Shown here: positions 26,154 to 35,047 of the stretch, piece by piece
How positions within the stretch are numbered: the stretch's first letter is position 1
How the letters are laid out: every line of letters starts with the position of its first letter
Source: Ilumatobacteraceae bacterium
GTDB taxonomy: Bacteria > Actinomycetota > Acidimicrobiia > Acidimicrobiales > Ilumatobacteraceae
DNA length: 45,553 nt
Reading direction: 5' to 3'
Assembly: GCA_031428795.1 (NCBI GenBank)
Contig: JANOYI010000002.1
Location: forward strand, 1 to 45,553
Translations under genes and position numbers: made by a program
The notes under the pieces: model-generated
What the model was told of the DNA's origin: nothing
Seen by the model: the letters and a program-made list of their open reading frames with translations, nothing else
Databases searched by the model: none

Positions 26154-27113
26154 ATGTCATCACATCATTATTTGCCACGTCGGCCGCGTTGGGCGGTCGC
26201 CGTTTTGGCCTTGGCGGTCACGGTTCCGCTGCTCGACGTCGCCCATGCGGCTGACCTTGGCGAGTGGGGCCCCGCAGTCAGCGTCGAGGCCGCAGGCGGG
26301 GGAGCCGACCCCAACCTGAACACCAGTGCACTCGAAGGCTGTCCGTTCCAGGCGCCTGACGGCCGCACGCTGTTCCTCGCCTCAAACCGAGGTGGTGGGG
26401 AGGGTGGCATCGACATTTGGATTGCTACTCGCACCTCACCCGACGACCCATGGAGCGATCCCGTGAACGCTGGGGTGCCCGTGAACTCAGGTGCTGACGA
26501 CTTCTGCCCGACGATGTCGCGTGACGGTCGTCAGCTGTACTTCGTCAGCACGCGTTCCGGCGGCTGCGGCGGAGCCGACATCTACACCGCCCGGCGGCAG
26601 AGCGACGGCGTGTTTGGCGCTCTCGCGAACCTCGGCTGCGGGATCAACAGCGCCGGCGACGAAGCCAGCCCGTTCCCGCTCACGACTGCGCAGGGTGGGG
26701 TGCTGCTGTACTTCTCCAGCAATCGCGCTGGTGGCTTCAGCGCCACCGGCGACGGCAACGTTACCGGCGACAGCGACCTGTACCAGGCCCCGTTCCACGG
26801 TGGGGCGTTCGGCGCTCCGGTACTCGTGCCCGAGGTGAACTCGGCATCGACCGACGGCCAACCGAACCTACGCCGTGACGGGCTGGAACTGGTGTTCTTC
26901 AGTAATCGAGCCGGAGGCATCGGCCTGAACGACCTCTACAGCGCAACCCGCACTCGCCCCGGTGGCTGGGGAACGCCGGTCAATCTCGGCGCCAACGTCA
27001 ATACCGCTGCGAACGAGACGCGACCGTCGCTGTCGTGGGACGGTCACACGCTGTACTTCGGCTCGACACGGACAGGCGAGGGGTCGAGCGACATCTACGT
27101 TTCCACCCGTTAG
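26154..27113 (+). CDS. secreted TolB-like (PD40/WD40-like) beta-propeller repeat protein
   Basis: AAGGAGG lies 6 nt upstream of the ATG at 26154, followed by a signal peptide (RWAVAVLALAVTVPLLDVAHA). Repeated motifs of the form DG..L.F.S.R.GG.G..D.Y recur 5-6 times (for example LFLASNRGGGEGGIDIW, LYFVSTRSGGCGGADIY, LYFGSTRTGEGSSDIY). Confidence 0.75.
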   Translation: MSSHHYLPRRPRWAVAVLALAVTVPLLDVAHAADLGEWGPAVSVEAAGGGADPNLNTSALEGCPFQAPDGRTLFLASNRGGGEGGIDIWIATRTSPDDPWSDPVNAGVPVNSGADDFCPTMSRDGRQLYFVSTRSGGCGGADIYTARRQSDGVFGALANLGCGINSAGDEASPFPLTTAQGGVLLYFSSNRAGGFSATGDGNVTGDSDLYQAPFHGGAFGAPVLVPEVNSASTDGQPNLRRDGLELVFFSNRAGGIGLNDLYSATRTRPGGWGTPVNLGANVNTAANETRPSLSWDGHTLYFGSTRTGEGSSDIYVSTR

Positions 27114-27157
27114 TGCGGGCGGACAAAGGCCGCTCGACGCGCTGTAATAATGGCGAC

Positions 27158-30100
27158 ATGAGCCTCGCCCTGCCGGCAGGTGTGGTGACGATCCTCCTCA
27201 CCGAGGTTGTCGGCTCGGCGCGGCTCTGGGAATCTGCGCCGACCGACATGGATCAGTCCATGCACATCCACGATGGCATCGTTGCCGACGCGGTTGCGGC
27301 TGAGGGTGGCGTACTACTGAAGGCCCGGGATGAGGGCGACTCGACGTTCTCGGTGTTTGCCCGGGCCAGCGACGCCACCCGATCGGCGTACCGCATGCAA
27401 TCGACTCTCTCGCACCAGGCCTGGCCGGCGAGCGCTCCGCTCCAGGTTCGAGTGGCGCTGCACGCCGGCGAGGCGTCAGAGCGAGACGGCGAGTATGTCG
27501 GGACCACCGTCAACCGCGCGGCTTCGTTGCGCACCGTGGCGCACGGCGGCGAAGTGCTGCTGAGCGCCGCAGTGGCGCAGCTGGTGGCCGATCACCTGCC
27601 GATCGACGTCACCCTGGATTCGCTGGGCCGTATCCGCCTCCGCGACCTCGACCGTATGGAGGAGGTCTTCGCGCTACGAGGTCCCGGCCTCAAGCGCCCA
27701 CGCATCGAGATCCGCTCTCGCGGCGAGCCGGAGATCGATCGGCTGGCAATGGCCGGGGTGTCGCGACGAGAACGCGATGTGCTCGACGCTCTGGCCGAGC
27801 GCCTCACGAACGCCGAGATTGCTGCCCGCTTCAACGTGTCCGAACGCACCGTCGAGAGCCATGTGTCGTCGCTGCTCCGCAAGCTCGGCGGGAAGAGCCG
27901 AATCGAGCTCGCCGCGCGAGCGCGCGAGCTGCTGGCTGTGGCTGGCGCCCCGGAACTGCCGCCGATGCTCGAGATGAGCGTCAAGCGCTCTGGCTGCTTT
28001 GGCCGCGACCCGGAACGCGGCCTGCTGTTGGGTTGCTGGGAGGATGCTGCGTCAGGGCATGCTGCACTCGCTGTAGTGAGCGGCGAGGCCGGGATCGGCA
28101 AGAGTCGGCTCGTCGCCGAACTGGCGTCAGATGTGCACATCAGAGGGGGGCGAGTGCTGTATGGCGCTGCCACCGACGGAGCACAAAGCCCGTATCAGCC
28201 GCTCGCGGAAGCGCTGCGCGGTGTCGTTGAGGGGGCGTCGGAGAGCCAACTCCGCGCCGATGTCGGTCGCCATGCCGACGTGCTCACTCGGCTGATCCCC
28301 GATATCGCAACTCGCTTGGGCTCGAGCCGTGCTAGCGCCCGCCTCGACCCGCTTGCCGAGCGCCTGGAGCTTCACATTGGGATCGAGGAGCTACTCATCC
28401 GCAGTGCCCGTCGCCACCCGACGTTGCTCGTGCTGGAGGACCTCCATTGGGCGTCGCCAGCCACGCGCGACGCGGTCTTGCACCTCGCTCGCACGGTCGG
28501 CTCGGCACCGTTGCTCGTGCTGGTGACGACGCGCGACACTGCGCCGGATCTCGACGAGTCGTTGAACCGCTGGCTCGCCGAAGCAACCCGCCTACCGATG
28601 ACCACGACGGTGCGATTGACAGGGCTCGACCTCGAAGCCGCGTCGGCGTTGATGGCCGATCTCGGGAGCCGGGTCGACCCCGGTCATGCACAACACATCA
28701 CGGACGGCAACCCGCTCTTCCTGCGCGAAGTGGCTACGGGGGCCCAGGCCAGCCCGACGCTGCGCGATTTCCTCGCCGATCGCTACGCCCGACTGTCCGA
28801 GGATGACCTCGATGTGGTGGACAGTGCGGCGGTCCTCGGCGAGACCTTCCGTATCGGGGTGCTCGCTGCAGCGACGTCGCGCGCTGTCGACGAAGTGGCG
28901 TTGTCGCTGGAGCGTGCCGCGGCTGCCGGCTTGGTCGAACCCTTCGTCTACCAACCCGGCCGGTACACGTTTGTGCACGCCCTGTTTCGTTCGGTGCGCG
29001 CCGAATCCATCAGTCCAGGGCGAAGGATGAAGCTGCACGCCGGGCTTGCCGCCGCACTGTTGCCACACGCCGAAGACCCTGCCGTTTTGCCCGACCTTGC
29101 GTACCACGCGTGCATCGCCGCACCGCTCGGTGGTGCTGCAACCGCTGTCGAACTCGCCGCTCGTGCCGGCCTGCTCATGGCTACGGCCGGCGACCTCGGC
29201 CAAGCTGCAGTTCACTACCAACGAGGTCTCGACGTGATCGATCTGGTGAGCAAGCCCGACCCTGACATGCGTCTGCAGCTCAACGTCCGTCTCGGTGAGG
29301 CGCTGGTCGTGTTCGACCGCGAGCGTGGCCAGCAGATCTTGCGCGATGCGGCTCGCCTGGCCCGGCGGCTCGGCAACATTTCAGCGCTCGCGGACGCGGT
29401 GTGCTCGATGCCGCCATTCGCTGGCTCGGTCAGTAGCGGCGAGGACGATCCTGCCTTCATTGCCCTCGCCGAGGAGGCCCTCACATTGCTGCCCGGCGAC
29501 GACACCCAATGGCGGCCACGAGTGATGGCGATGCTCGGCGCGCACCTTGCGCTGGGCAGTAACCCGCTGCGCGGGGAGGCGCTCGGTCGCGAGGCGATCG
29601 CTCTCGCCAGGCGCAGCGCCGACCCCCTGACGCTCGCCTACGCACTCTTGTTGGTTCGGTGGCAATCCAAGTCCGACGAGAGGGACGACGGCTTGCGCGA
29701 GGCGTTCGCCGTCGGCGAGGTGTGCGGTCATCGCGGTGTCGCTCATCTGGCAGCCGAGGCGCTGTCCATCTCGGCTCGCGAACGCGGAAACCTTGATGAG
29801 ATGCGCGACTGGCACGAGCGGGCCGTGGAACGCAGCACCACACTCTCCTTGGGTGGCCTTCAGAACGAGGTGAACGCGGCGTACATAGACGGTGATCTCG
29901 ACCTGGCCGAGGCCCTCAATCGGCGCACGCTCGAACGCGATCGGCAGCTCGGCACGGGTCACCTCTACTCGGGGCCGACGTTCATCCTTCTCGAGCTCTG
30001 GCGCGGGCGCACACACGTCCACCTGATGGAGCCATTCGTGACCTCGTCGACCCACGTTGGCAGCGCAGCACAACCGCTGCTCGCGTTCTCCGAGCTGTGT

Positions 30101-30592
30101 GCAGGCGATCTCGCCGCCGCGTCCGCGCGATTGACAAGCGCCCGCGAAGCCGGTCTAGATCGTATGCAGCACCGGATGGGCTGGTCGTTCGCGTTGGCCA
30201 TGTGGGCCGAGGTCGCGGCCGCTGTCGACGACGTCGAAGCTGCCGTCGAGCTGCTCCCGCAACTCGAGCCCTACGCGGGGTGCCTTGCCGATAGCCGGGG
30301 CACGGTGTGGTGCACCATCGACTTCGCGCGCAGCCGTCTTGCGTGCTGCCTCGGCGAGTTCGAGGAGGCCGAGGCGTTGGCTGACGGCGCGGTTGTCGCC
30401 AGCCGCACTCGAAACACTCCACTCTTCCTGGGCCGTGAGCTCGTCGCGCTGGCCGACGCACGCGCCCGGCTCGGGGTGCCGGCGGTCGAGCTCGAACCAC
30501 TCATCGACGAAGCCAGAGCCATTGCCGATCGCGCCGGCGCGTCGATCATTCGCTCAGACCTCAGTCGCTTTGCATTGCCAGATAAGGCCTAA
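27158..30592 (+). CDS. degenerate class III cyclase / internal LuxR-type HTH / STAND P-loop NTPase / TPR-like protein (paralog 3)
   Basis: Starts at the ATG at 27158, downstream of the previous gene's stop, with AATAAT 6 nt upstream. The cyclase-like motifs are VTILLTEVVGS, DEGDSTFSVF and GTTVNRAASL. The HTH is RERDVLDALAERLTNAEIAARFNVSERTVESHVSSLLRKLG (nt 27761-27919). Walker A is GEAGIGKS and Walker B is LLVLEDLHWA. A helical repeat runs to the C-terminus. Confidence 0.85.
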   Translation: MSLALPAGVVTILLTEVVGSARLWESAPTDMDQSMHIHDGIVADAVAAEGGVLLKARDEGDSTFSVFARASDATRSAYRMQSTLSHQAWPASAPLQVRVALHAGEASERDGEYVGTTVNRAASLRTVAHGGEVLLSAAVAQLVADHLPIDVTLDSLGRIRLRDLDRMEEVFALRGPGLKRPRIEIRSRGEPEIDRLAMAGVSRRERDVLDALAERLTNAEIAARFNVSERTVESHVSSLLRKLGGKSRIELAARARELLAVAGAPELPPMLEMSVKRSGCFGRDPERGLLLGCWEDAASGHAALAVVSGEAGIGKSRLVAELASDVHIRGGRVLYGAATDGAQSPYQPLAEALRGVVEGASESQLRADVGRHADVLTRLIPDIATRLGSSRASARLDPLAERLELHIGIEELLIRSARRHPTLLVLEDLHWASPATRDAVLHLARTVGSAPLLVLVTTRDTAPDLDESLNRWLAEATRLPMTTTVRLTGLDLEAASALMADLGSRVDPGHAQHITDGNPLFLREVATGAQASPTLRDFLADRYARLSEDDLDVVDSAAVLGETFRIGVLAAATSRAVDEVALSLERAAAAGLVEPFVYQPGRYTFVHALFRSVRAESISPGRRMKLHAGLAAALLPHAEDPAVLPDLAYHACIAAPLGGAATAVELAARAGLLMATAGDLGQAAVHYQRGLDVIDLVSKPDPDMRLQLNVRLGEALVVFDRERGQQILRDAARLARRLGNISALADAVCSMPPFAGSVSSGEDDPAFIALAEEALTLLPGDDTQWRPRVMAMLGAHLALGSNPLRGEALGREAIALARRSADPLTLAYALLLVRWQSKSDERDDGLREAFAVGEVCGHRGVAHLAAEALSISARERGNLDEMRDWHERAVERSTTLSLGGLQNEVNAAYIDGDLDLAEALNRRTLERDRQLGTGHLYSGPTFILLELWRGRTHVHLMEPFVTSSTHVGSAAQPLLAFSELCAGDLAAASARLTSAREAGLDRMQHRMGWSFALAMWAEVAAAVDDVEAAVELLPQLEPYAGCLADSRGTVWCTIDFARSRLACCLGEFEEAEALADGAVVASRTRNTPLFLGRELVALADARARLGVPAVELEPLIDEARAIADRAGASIIRSDLSRFALPDKA

Positions 30593-30593
30593 T

Positions 30594-30647
30594 CGCTGGT
30601 TGCGCTGGTTGCGCTGGTTGCGCTGGTTGTGCTGGTTGCGCTGGTCG
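30594..30647. repeat. 9-nt tandem repeat, 6 copies (CGCTGGTTG)
   Basis: The copies read CGCTGGTTG x4, then TGCTGGTTG, then CGCTGGTCG. The array begins 2 nt after the TAA of the upstream gene and lies between convergent gene ends. Confidence 0.9.
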
Positions 30648-30673
30648 ATCGGCCTGCTCATCGTTGAACTGGC

Positions 30674-31753
30674 TCAGTCGTAGGCGAGTGGTTGCCAGGA
30701 GGCGCGGTCAGGGTGGTCGGGCGGCAGGGGAAGTGTCTCGACCGAGCCGGTGCGGGCGCTGCGGTACCAGGCGGTGACCAGTTCGAGCGTGGCCTGCGAG
30801 TCGTCGAGTGTGATGGGGAAGGGGTCGCCGTTGACGAGGGAGTCGACGAAGCGCTGGAACTGGCCGGTGAACAACGGCTTGGTGGGCGCGACATTTGCGA
30901 AGATCTGATCTGCGGCCGCAGCAACTTCGGGCTTCTTGAAGTCGAACCTCCACGGTCCTGCTGCCGGGTCATAGGGCGAGGTTGACGACTCGATGGTGAC
31001 GTTCTCGAAGCACCACACCAACCGGCTCGATTCGGCGGCCGCGCCCAGGTTCACGTTCATCGTCACCAGCCCGCCATCGGCGGTTCGGCCGATGGCCACG
31101 GCACAGTCCTCCGTCTCGATCTCGTTCACGCGAGTGGCGGTCAGCGCGCGGACTTCGGCGAGCGGACCGCCGATCCAGGTGAGCAGATCGTGGATGTGGA
31201 TGGAGTGAGTGAGCACCGAACCGCCGCGCTCGCCCTGCCACGTGCCCCGCCACGGCGCCTGGGTGTAGTACCCGCGCCCTCGGCGCCACCAGGTCGATGC
31301 CGAGGCGGTGTAAAGGCGGCCAGTGAGGCCGGCATCGACCAACGCTCGGGCGCGGAGCGCGCCCTCGCCGAAGCGGTACTGCAGGATTGGCATCAGCCGT
31401 GCGCCGGAGGTTGTCAGCGCTCGCTCGGAGGCGATGCGCAGCCGGTCGCATGCCGCCACCGAATCGACCAACGGCTTCTCGCAGACGACATGCACGCCGG
31501 CAGCCAGGCACTGCTCGATCTGCGCTTCGTGCATCAATGGGGGAGTACACAGGTCGACCACATCGACGCCCGCGGCGAGCAGTGCGGCGAGCGAGTCGAC
31601 GGTGGGCACCTTCCAATCCTGCTCGGCTTTCTCGCGGCGCTGCTCGTCGACGTCGGCGATCATCGAGACCGACGCGCCCTCTACGTCGAGCCAGCTGAGC
31701 AGATGCATCTGGCCGATACCCAGGCCGACCACGCCAACACGTAGATCGCTCAT
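30674..31753 (-). CDS. Gfo/Idh/MocA family oxidoreductase
   Basis: Has a Rossmann N-terminus LRVGVVGLGIGQMH and the EKPL motif (VVCEKPL). The ATG at 31753 overlaps the upstream gene's stop (ATGA). Confidence 0.8.
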   Translation of the reverse strand: MSDLRVGVVGLGIGQMHLLSWLDVEGASVSMIADVDEQRREKAEQDWKVPTVDSLAALLAAGVDVVDLCTPPLMHEAQIEQCLAAGVHVVCEKPLVDSVAACDRLRIASERALTTSGARLMPILQYRFGEGALRARALVDAGLTGRLYTASASTWWRRGRGYYTQAPWRGTWQGERGGSVLTHSIHIHDLLTWIGGPLAEVRALTATRVNEIETEDCAVAIGRTADGGLVTMNVNLGAAAESSRLVWCFENVTIESSTSPYDPAAGPWRFDFKKPEVAAAADQIFANVAPTKPLFTGQFQRFVDSLVNGDPFPITLDDSQATLELVTAWYRSARTGSVETLPLPPDHPDRASWQPLAYD

Positions 31754-32766
31754 GATTCTCCCCACTTGGTCGCTGCCTGCTGTGCCCGCAGCACGAGATC
31801 GCACACGGCGATCACGTGCGCCTGCGACATCAACCGCTCGCCCTCGTCGGCGATGTCGGCGAGTAGCTGCTCGGCCCAGTCGACCGGGCGATCCGACACG
31901 TCGACGCGGCGAGTGCCCTCTGCGTCGACCACGATGAGGTGCTCACTGCCCGGCTGGCCCGCAACGTCGACATTGGCTCGCGCCTCGATGACCCCATGAG
32001 TACCGACGATGGTGAGCCGCACATCACCCCACGTGCCGAGACCGTCGGCGGTGAGGTAGTCGAGCCGGTGATCGCCCACGATGCCGTTCGCGACCAGGGT
32101 CATCGTCCCGATGTCCTGCATGTCCGGATGGTCGGGACAGGCCGCGTTGCCGACAGCGGCGAGCCGAACCTTCGTGACGGCCGACGGCCCGTGAGCGCCA
32201 ACGGCGACTGCGAGGAACTGGTCGGCCTGGTGCGAACCGATGTCGACGAGGATGCCGCCCGTTGCTGACGAGTCCCAGAACCACGATGGTCGGTGCTTCG
32301 CGCTCAGCAGGTGCGGGCCAGCCCCCACCACGTGCACGATCTTGCCCACTGCGCCCGCACTGGCCATGGCGATCGCCTCGCCGATGGCGCGGTTCTCGAA
32401 CCGCTCGGAGAAGAGCACCGTCCAGGGTCTACCCGCGCGACCATCAAGGGCTGAGCGCAACTCGTCGAGTTCGGCCACGCTGGTGACGCCGGGCTTGTCG
32501 CTGAGAACGTGCTTGCCAGCCTGGAGCGCGGCCACTGCAACGTTCGCCCGTTCGGACGGCACGCCGGCGATGACGATGAGAACGATGGACTCGTCGGCCA
32601 GAATGTCGTCGGCGCTGCGTTCTTGCGATTCCTTGCGCCAGCCGGCGTACCTCGCCACGAGCCCGCCGTTGGGGGTGTGTGCGACGGCTGTTGCGCCTGC
32701 CGTCACCAGCCGGTCGACCATCTGGAACAGGTGCAGATGATCGGCACCGATGACCGCAAAGTTCAC
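31750..32766 (-). CDS. Gfo/Idh/MocA family oxidoreductase
   Basis: From GTG 32766: VNFAVIGADHLH ... LQAGKHVLSDKPGV. The longer track start at 32904 would overlap the upstream gene. Confidence 0.7.
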   Translation of the reverse strand: MNFAVIGADHLHLFQMVDRLVTAGATAVAHTPNGGLVARYAGWRKESQERSADDILADESIVLIVIAGVPSERANVAVAALQAGKHVLSDKPGVTSVAELDELRSALDGRAGRPWTVLFSERFENRAIGEAIAMASAGAVGKIVHVVGAGPHLLSAKHRPSWFWDSSATGGILVDIGSHQADQFLAVAVGAHGPSAVTKVRLAAVGNAACPDHPDMQDIGTMTLVANGIVGDHRLDYLTADGLGTWGDVRLTIVGTHGVIEARANVDVAGQPGSEHLIVVDAEGTRRVDVSDRPVDWAEQLLADIADEGERLMSQAHVIAVCDLVLRAQQAATKWGES

Positions 32767-32779
32767 GATACGACCGAGT

Positions 32780-35047
32780 TCACGACACGGCTCGGGTCGC
32801 AGCGTCGAAGTCGAGTGCCCAGCTGTTGGCGCCATTGTCGAGCTCGTGCACCAGGGACTCGTGCTCGATGGTGCCCCATGGGCCGTCGTGGCGCGGATGA
32901 CCATCGAGTGTCTGCTCCTCGCCGGCCACCACGAATGCGCCGGTCGACGAGAACTCGATGGCGCCCGACGACGGCGACGTCCAGGTCACTTGGAAACCCT
33001 CGGCCGCTTTGGCGACGACCGGCTCGTTCGCCGTGACGGCGGCGATGAACGTGTCGAAGTCGCCGTCGTCCTCGTCGTTGCCCACCTCGACGATCCATAC
33101 GTTGTCGGGTCCACCCTCGGCCACGAGGTCGTAGGGCTTCGTGAATGTGCGTGCCGGCACTCCGGGGTCATTGGCCTTGAACGTCGGCGTCCGCCACGAC
33201 CACAGTGCGATGTAGCCGCCCTCCTTGTTGGCGACGGTCCAGTTGCCCACTTGGCGCACCTCGTCGAAGCGGTCTTGCGGCACGAACGCATGCGTGAACG
33301 GACGGTACGGGAACACGGACCACAGCACGGCGTCCGTCGCCTCGCCCCACGCGGGTTGGTAGATGTGGATGGCGGTGCGGCGGTGCTGCGCGCTGCGCGG
33401 CATCGAGGCTTCGCCGGTCCAGTAGCCGGGTGAGTCGTCGTCGTTCCAGTCGTCGGTGACCTTCGGGGCGGTGAGCGGGTGGGTGGTGAACACCATTGCG
33501 TCCTCGTTGATGGCGGCCTGCCACGCGTGGACCTGGTCGCGCATCTCGCCGAAGCGATGGTCGAGCACGCTCGCCAAGCTGACCTTGCGATGGCGATACG
33601 CGTACGTGTTGGCCTCGCTGAGGAAGCCGAAGTTGACGATTGGGTCGAACTGGTGCAGCCAGGCTCGAACTCGTTCGGGGTCGTTGTCGTTGATTGCCGC
33701 GATCAGCTTCACCTGGGCGAACAGCTCGGTGTCCCACAGTTTGTGATCGGTGGCCTCCTGCACGCCGACCCGGGTCATCTGCCAGAGGCCGAGGCCGCCG
33801 AGGCTCCACCAGAACGGGAGGTTGGCGCGGTCGGCGAAGTCCTTGCCGTACGGGGCGACGGGTGCGTCTTCCAGCGGTGCGTGGGTGTCGAGAAACACCC
33901 CGTGGCGCTCGCGCACCACGCTCTCCTGGTCGTCGATCGCGATGTCGACCAGTAGCTGCGGCGGGCGGTAGCGCAGCCCGGCCGCCAGGAACGTGGCCCC
34001 ACCGTCGGTCTCCGACGTGTACTCGGCGGTGGTGTCGTCGAACAGGAACTTGGCCGACCCGAACGTGTCCTCGTCGAGCGACGACAGCTTGTCCTTCTTG
34101 TACGTGCGGCCTCGTGGTGCGGTGTAGCAACCGGCTTGCGTGTGTGCCGCCATATCGAGCACGCACAGGTCGAGCGCCATCGCTGCGGCCAGCACCAACT
34201 CGGGGTCCTCGGCCTGCTCGGCGAGCAGGTGCAGCGGCGTGATGTTCTTCAACATGTACACGTTGCTGTGCCACTCGAAGAAGCCCAGCTGCCCGCGCTC
34301 GCGTACCCACTCGAGAATGCCGGGCTTGGCGCGAGCCATGTGCTGAGCGCCGGTGAGACCAGTGACGGTGAAGACGTCGTCGGGGTAGCGCTGCCCTCCG
34401 AGGTATTCGATGACATAGTTGATGATGATGTGGTTCTCGGACCAGTACCACAGGTTGTCGAGGCGCCCTTCGGGCAGCGGGTCGTCATAGCGGTAGCGGT
34501 TGTTGACGACGCGTCGGTGGATCGCCTCGATCACGTCGGGCGAGAGTCGGGTGCTGTCGGTGTCCCCCTGTCCGAGTGCCAATACCCAATGCAAGTACAT
34601 GATCACGAAGTCGCGCGTGTCCTGCCACTCATCGATGCGAGCGAAACTGTCGACGAAGGACCCGACCGTGATGTCGTCGATTGCCCATGTGTAGTCGGGT
34701 TCGCGGGCGGCTCGCGCGAGATGCGCCGCCACGCCGACCGGACTACCAACGTGCGGTTGTTGGGTGGCGAACTGAAGGTACGCCGTTGCGCGCTGCTGGT
34801 AGGCGGCCTCGTCCATCAAACCTGTGCTGCCCGGCGCAGCCAGCACGGTGGCAGCGGTGATTGCAACCGCCTCGGTCGTGGTGGTGACGGCTTCGCTGGT
34901 GCTGGTGGCATCGGGCGCCGCTGTCGTGTCAGGCGCCGCGGTGGTGTCCGCGGAGCCGCCGCCGTCGTCGCTGCAGGCGACCACTCCTACGGCGAGCGCG
35001 CCGGTAGATGCCTTCAAGAACTGACGTCGGCCTATTGAACCCGTCAT
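32780..35047 (-). CDS. large Tat-exported lipoprotein, unknown function (possibly a glycan-active alpha-helical enzyme)
   Basis: Has a twin-arginine signal GRRQFLKASTGALAVGVVAC and a Thr/Ala-rich linker. The mature domain is about 690 aa, with WYWSENHIIINYVIEY and FFEWHSNVYM segments. I do not recognise the family with confidence. Confidence 0.6.
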   Translation of the reverse strand: MTGSIGRRQFLKASTGALAVGVVACSDDGGGSADTTAAPDTTAAPDATSTSEAVTTTTEAVAITAATVLAAPGSTGLMDEAAYQQRATAYLQFATQQPHVGSPVGVAAHLARAAREPDYTWAIDDITVGSFVDSFARIDEWQDTRDFVIMYLHWVLALGQGDTDSTRLSPDVIEAIHRRVVNNRYRYDDPLPEGRLDNLWYWSENHIIINYVIEYLGGQRYPDDVFTVTGLTGAQHMARAKPGILEWVRERGQLGFFEWHSNVYMLKNITPLHLLAEQAEDPELVLAAAMALDLCVLDMAAHTQAGCYTAPRGRTYKKDKLSSLDEDTFGSAKFLFDDTTAEYTSETDGGATFLAAGLRYRPPQLLVDIAIDDQESVVRERHGVFLDTHAPLEDAPVAPYGKDFADRANLPFWWSLGGLGLWQMTRVGVQEATDHKLWDTELFAQVKLIAAINDNDPERVRAWLHQFDPIVNFGFLSEANTYAYRHRKVSLASVLDHRFGEMRDQVHAWQAAINEDAMVFTTHPLTAPKVTDDWNDDDSPGYWTGEASMPRSAQHRRTAIHIYQPAWGEATDAVLWSVFPYRPFTHAFVPQDRFDEVRQVGNWTVANKEGGYIALWSWRTPTFKANDPGVPARTFTKPYDLVAEGGPDNVWIVEVGNDEDDGDFDTFIAAVTANEPVVAKAAEGFQVTWTSPSSGAIEFSSTGAFVVAGEEQTLDGHPRHDGPWGTIEHESLVHELDNGANSWALDFDAATRAVS

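Noticed and set aside
33168-35038. 427-aa alternate-frame minus ORF (33168..34451) and 300-aa + ORF (34136..35038) within the Tat lipoprotein gene
   Set aside because: Extreme Arg/Pro/Gly content typical of off-frame translation of high-GC coding DNA. The 755-aa frame has a proper Tat signal and balanced composition.
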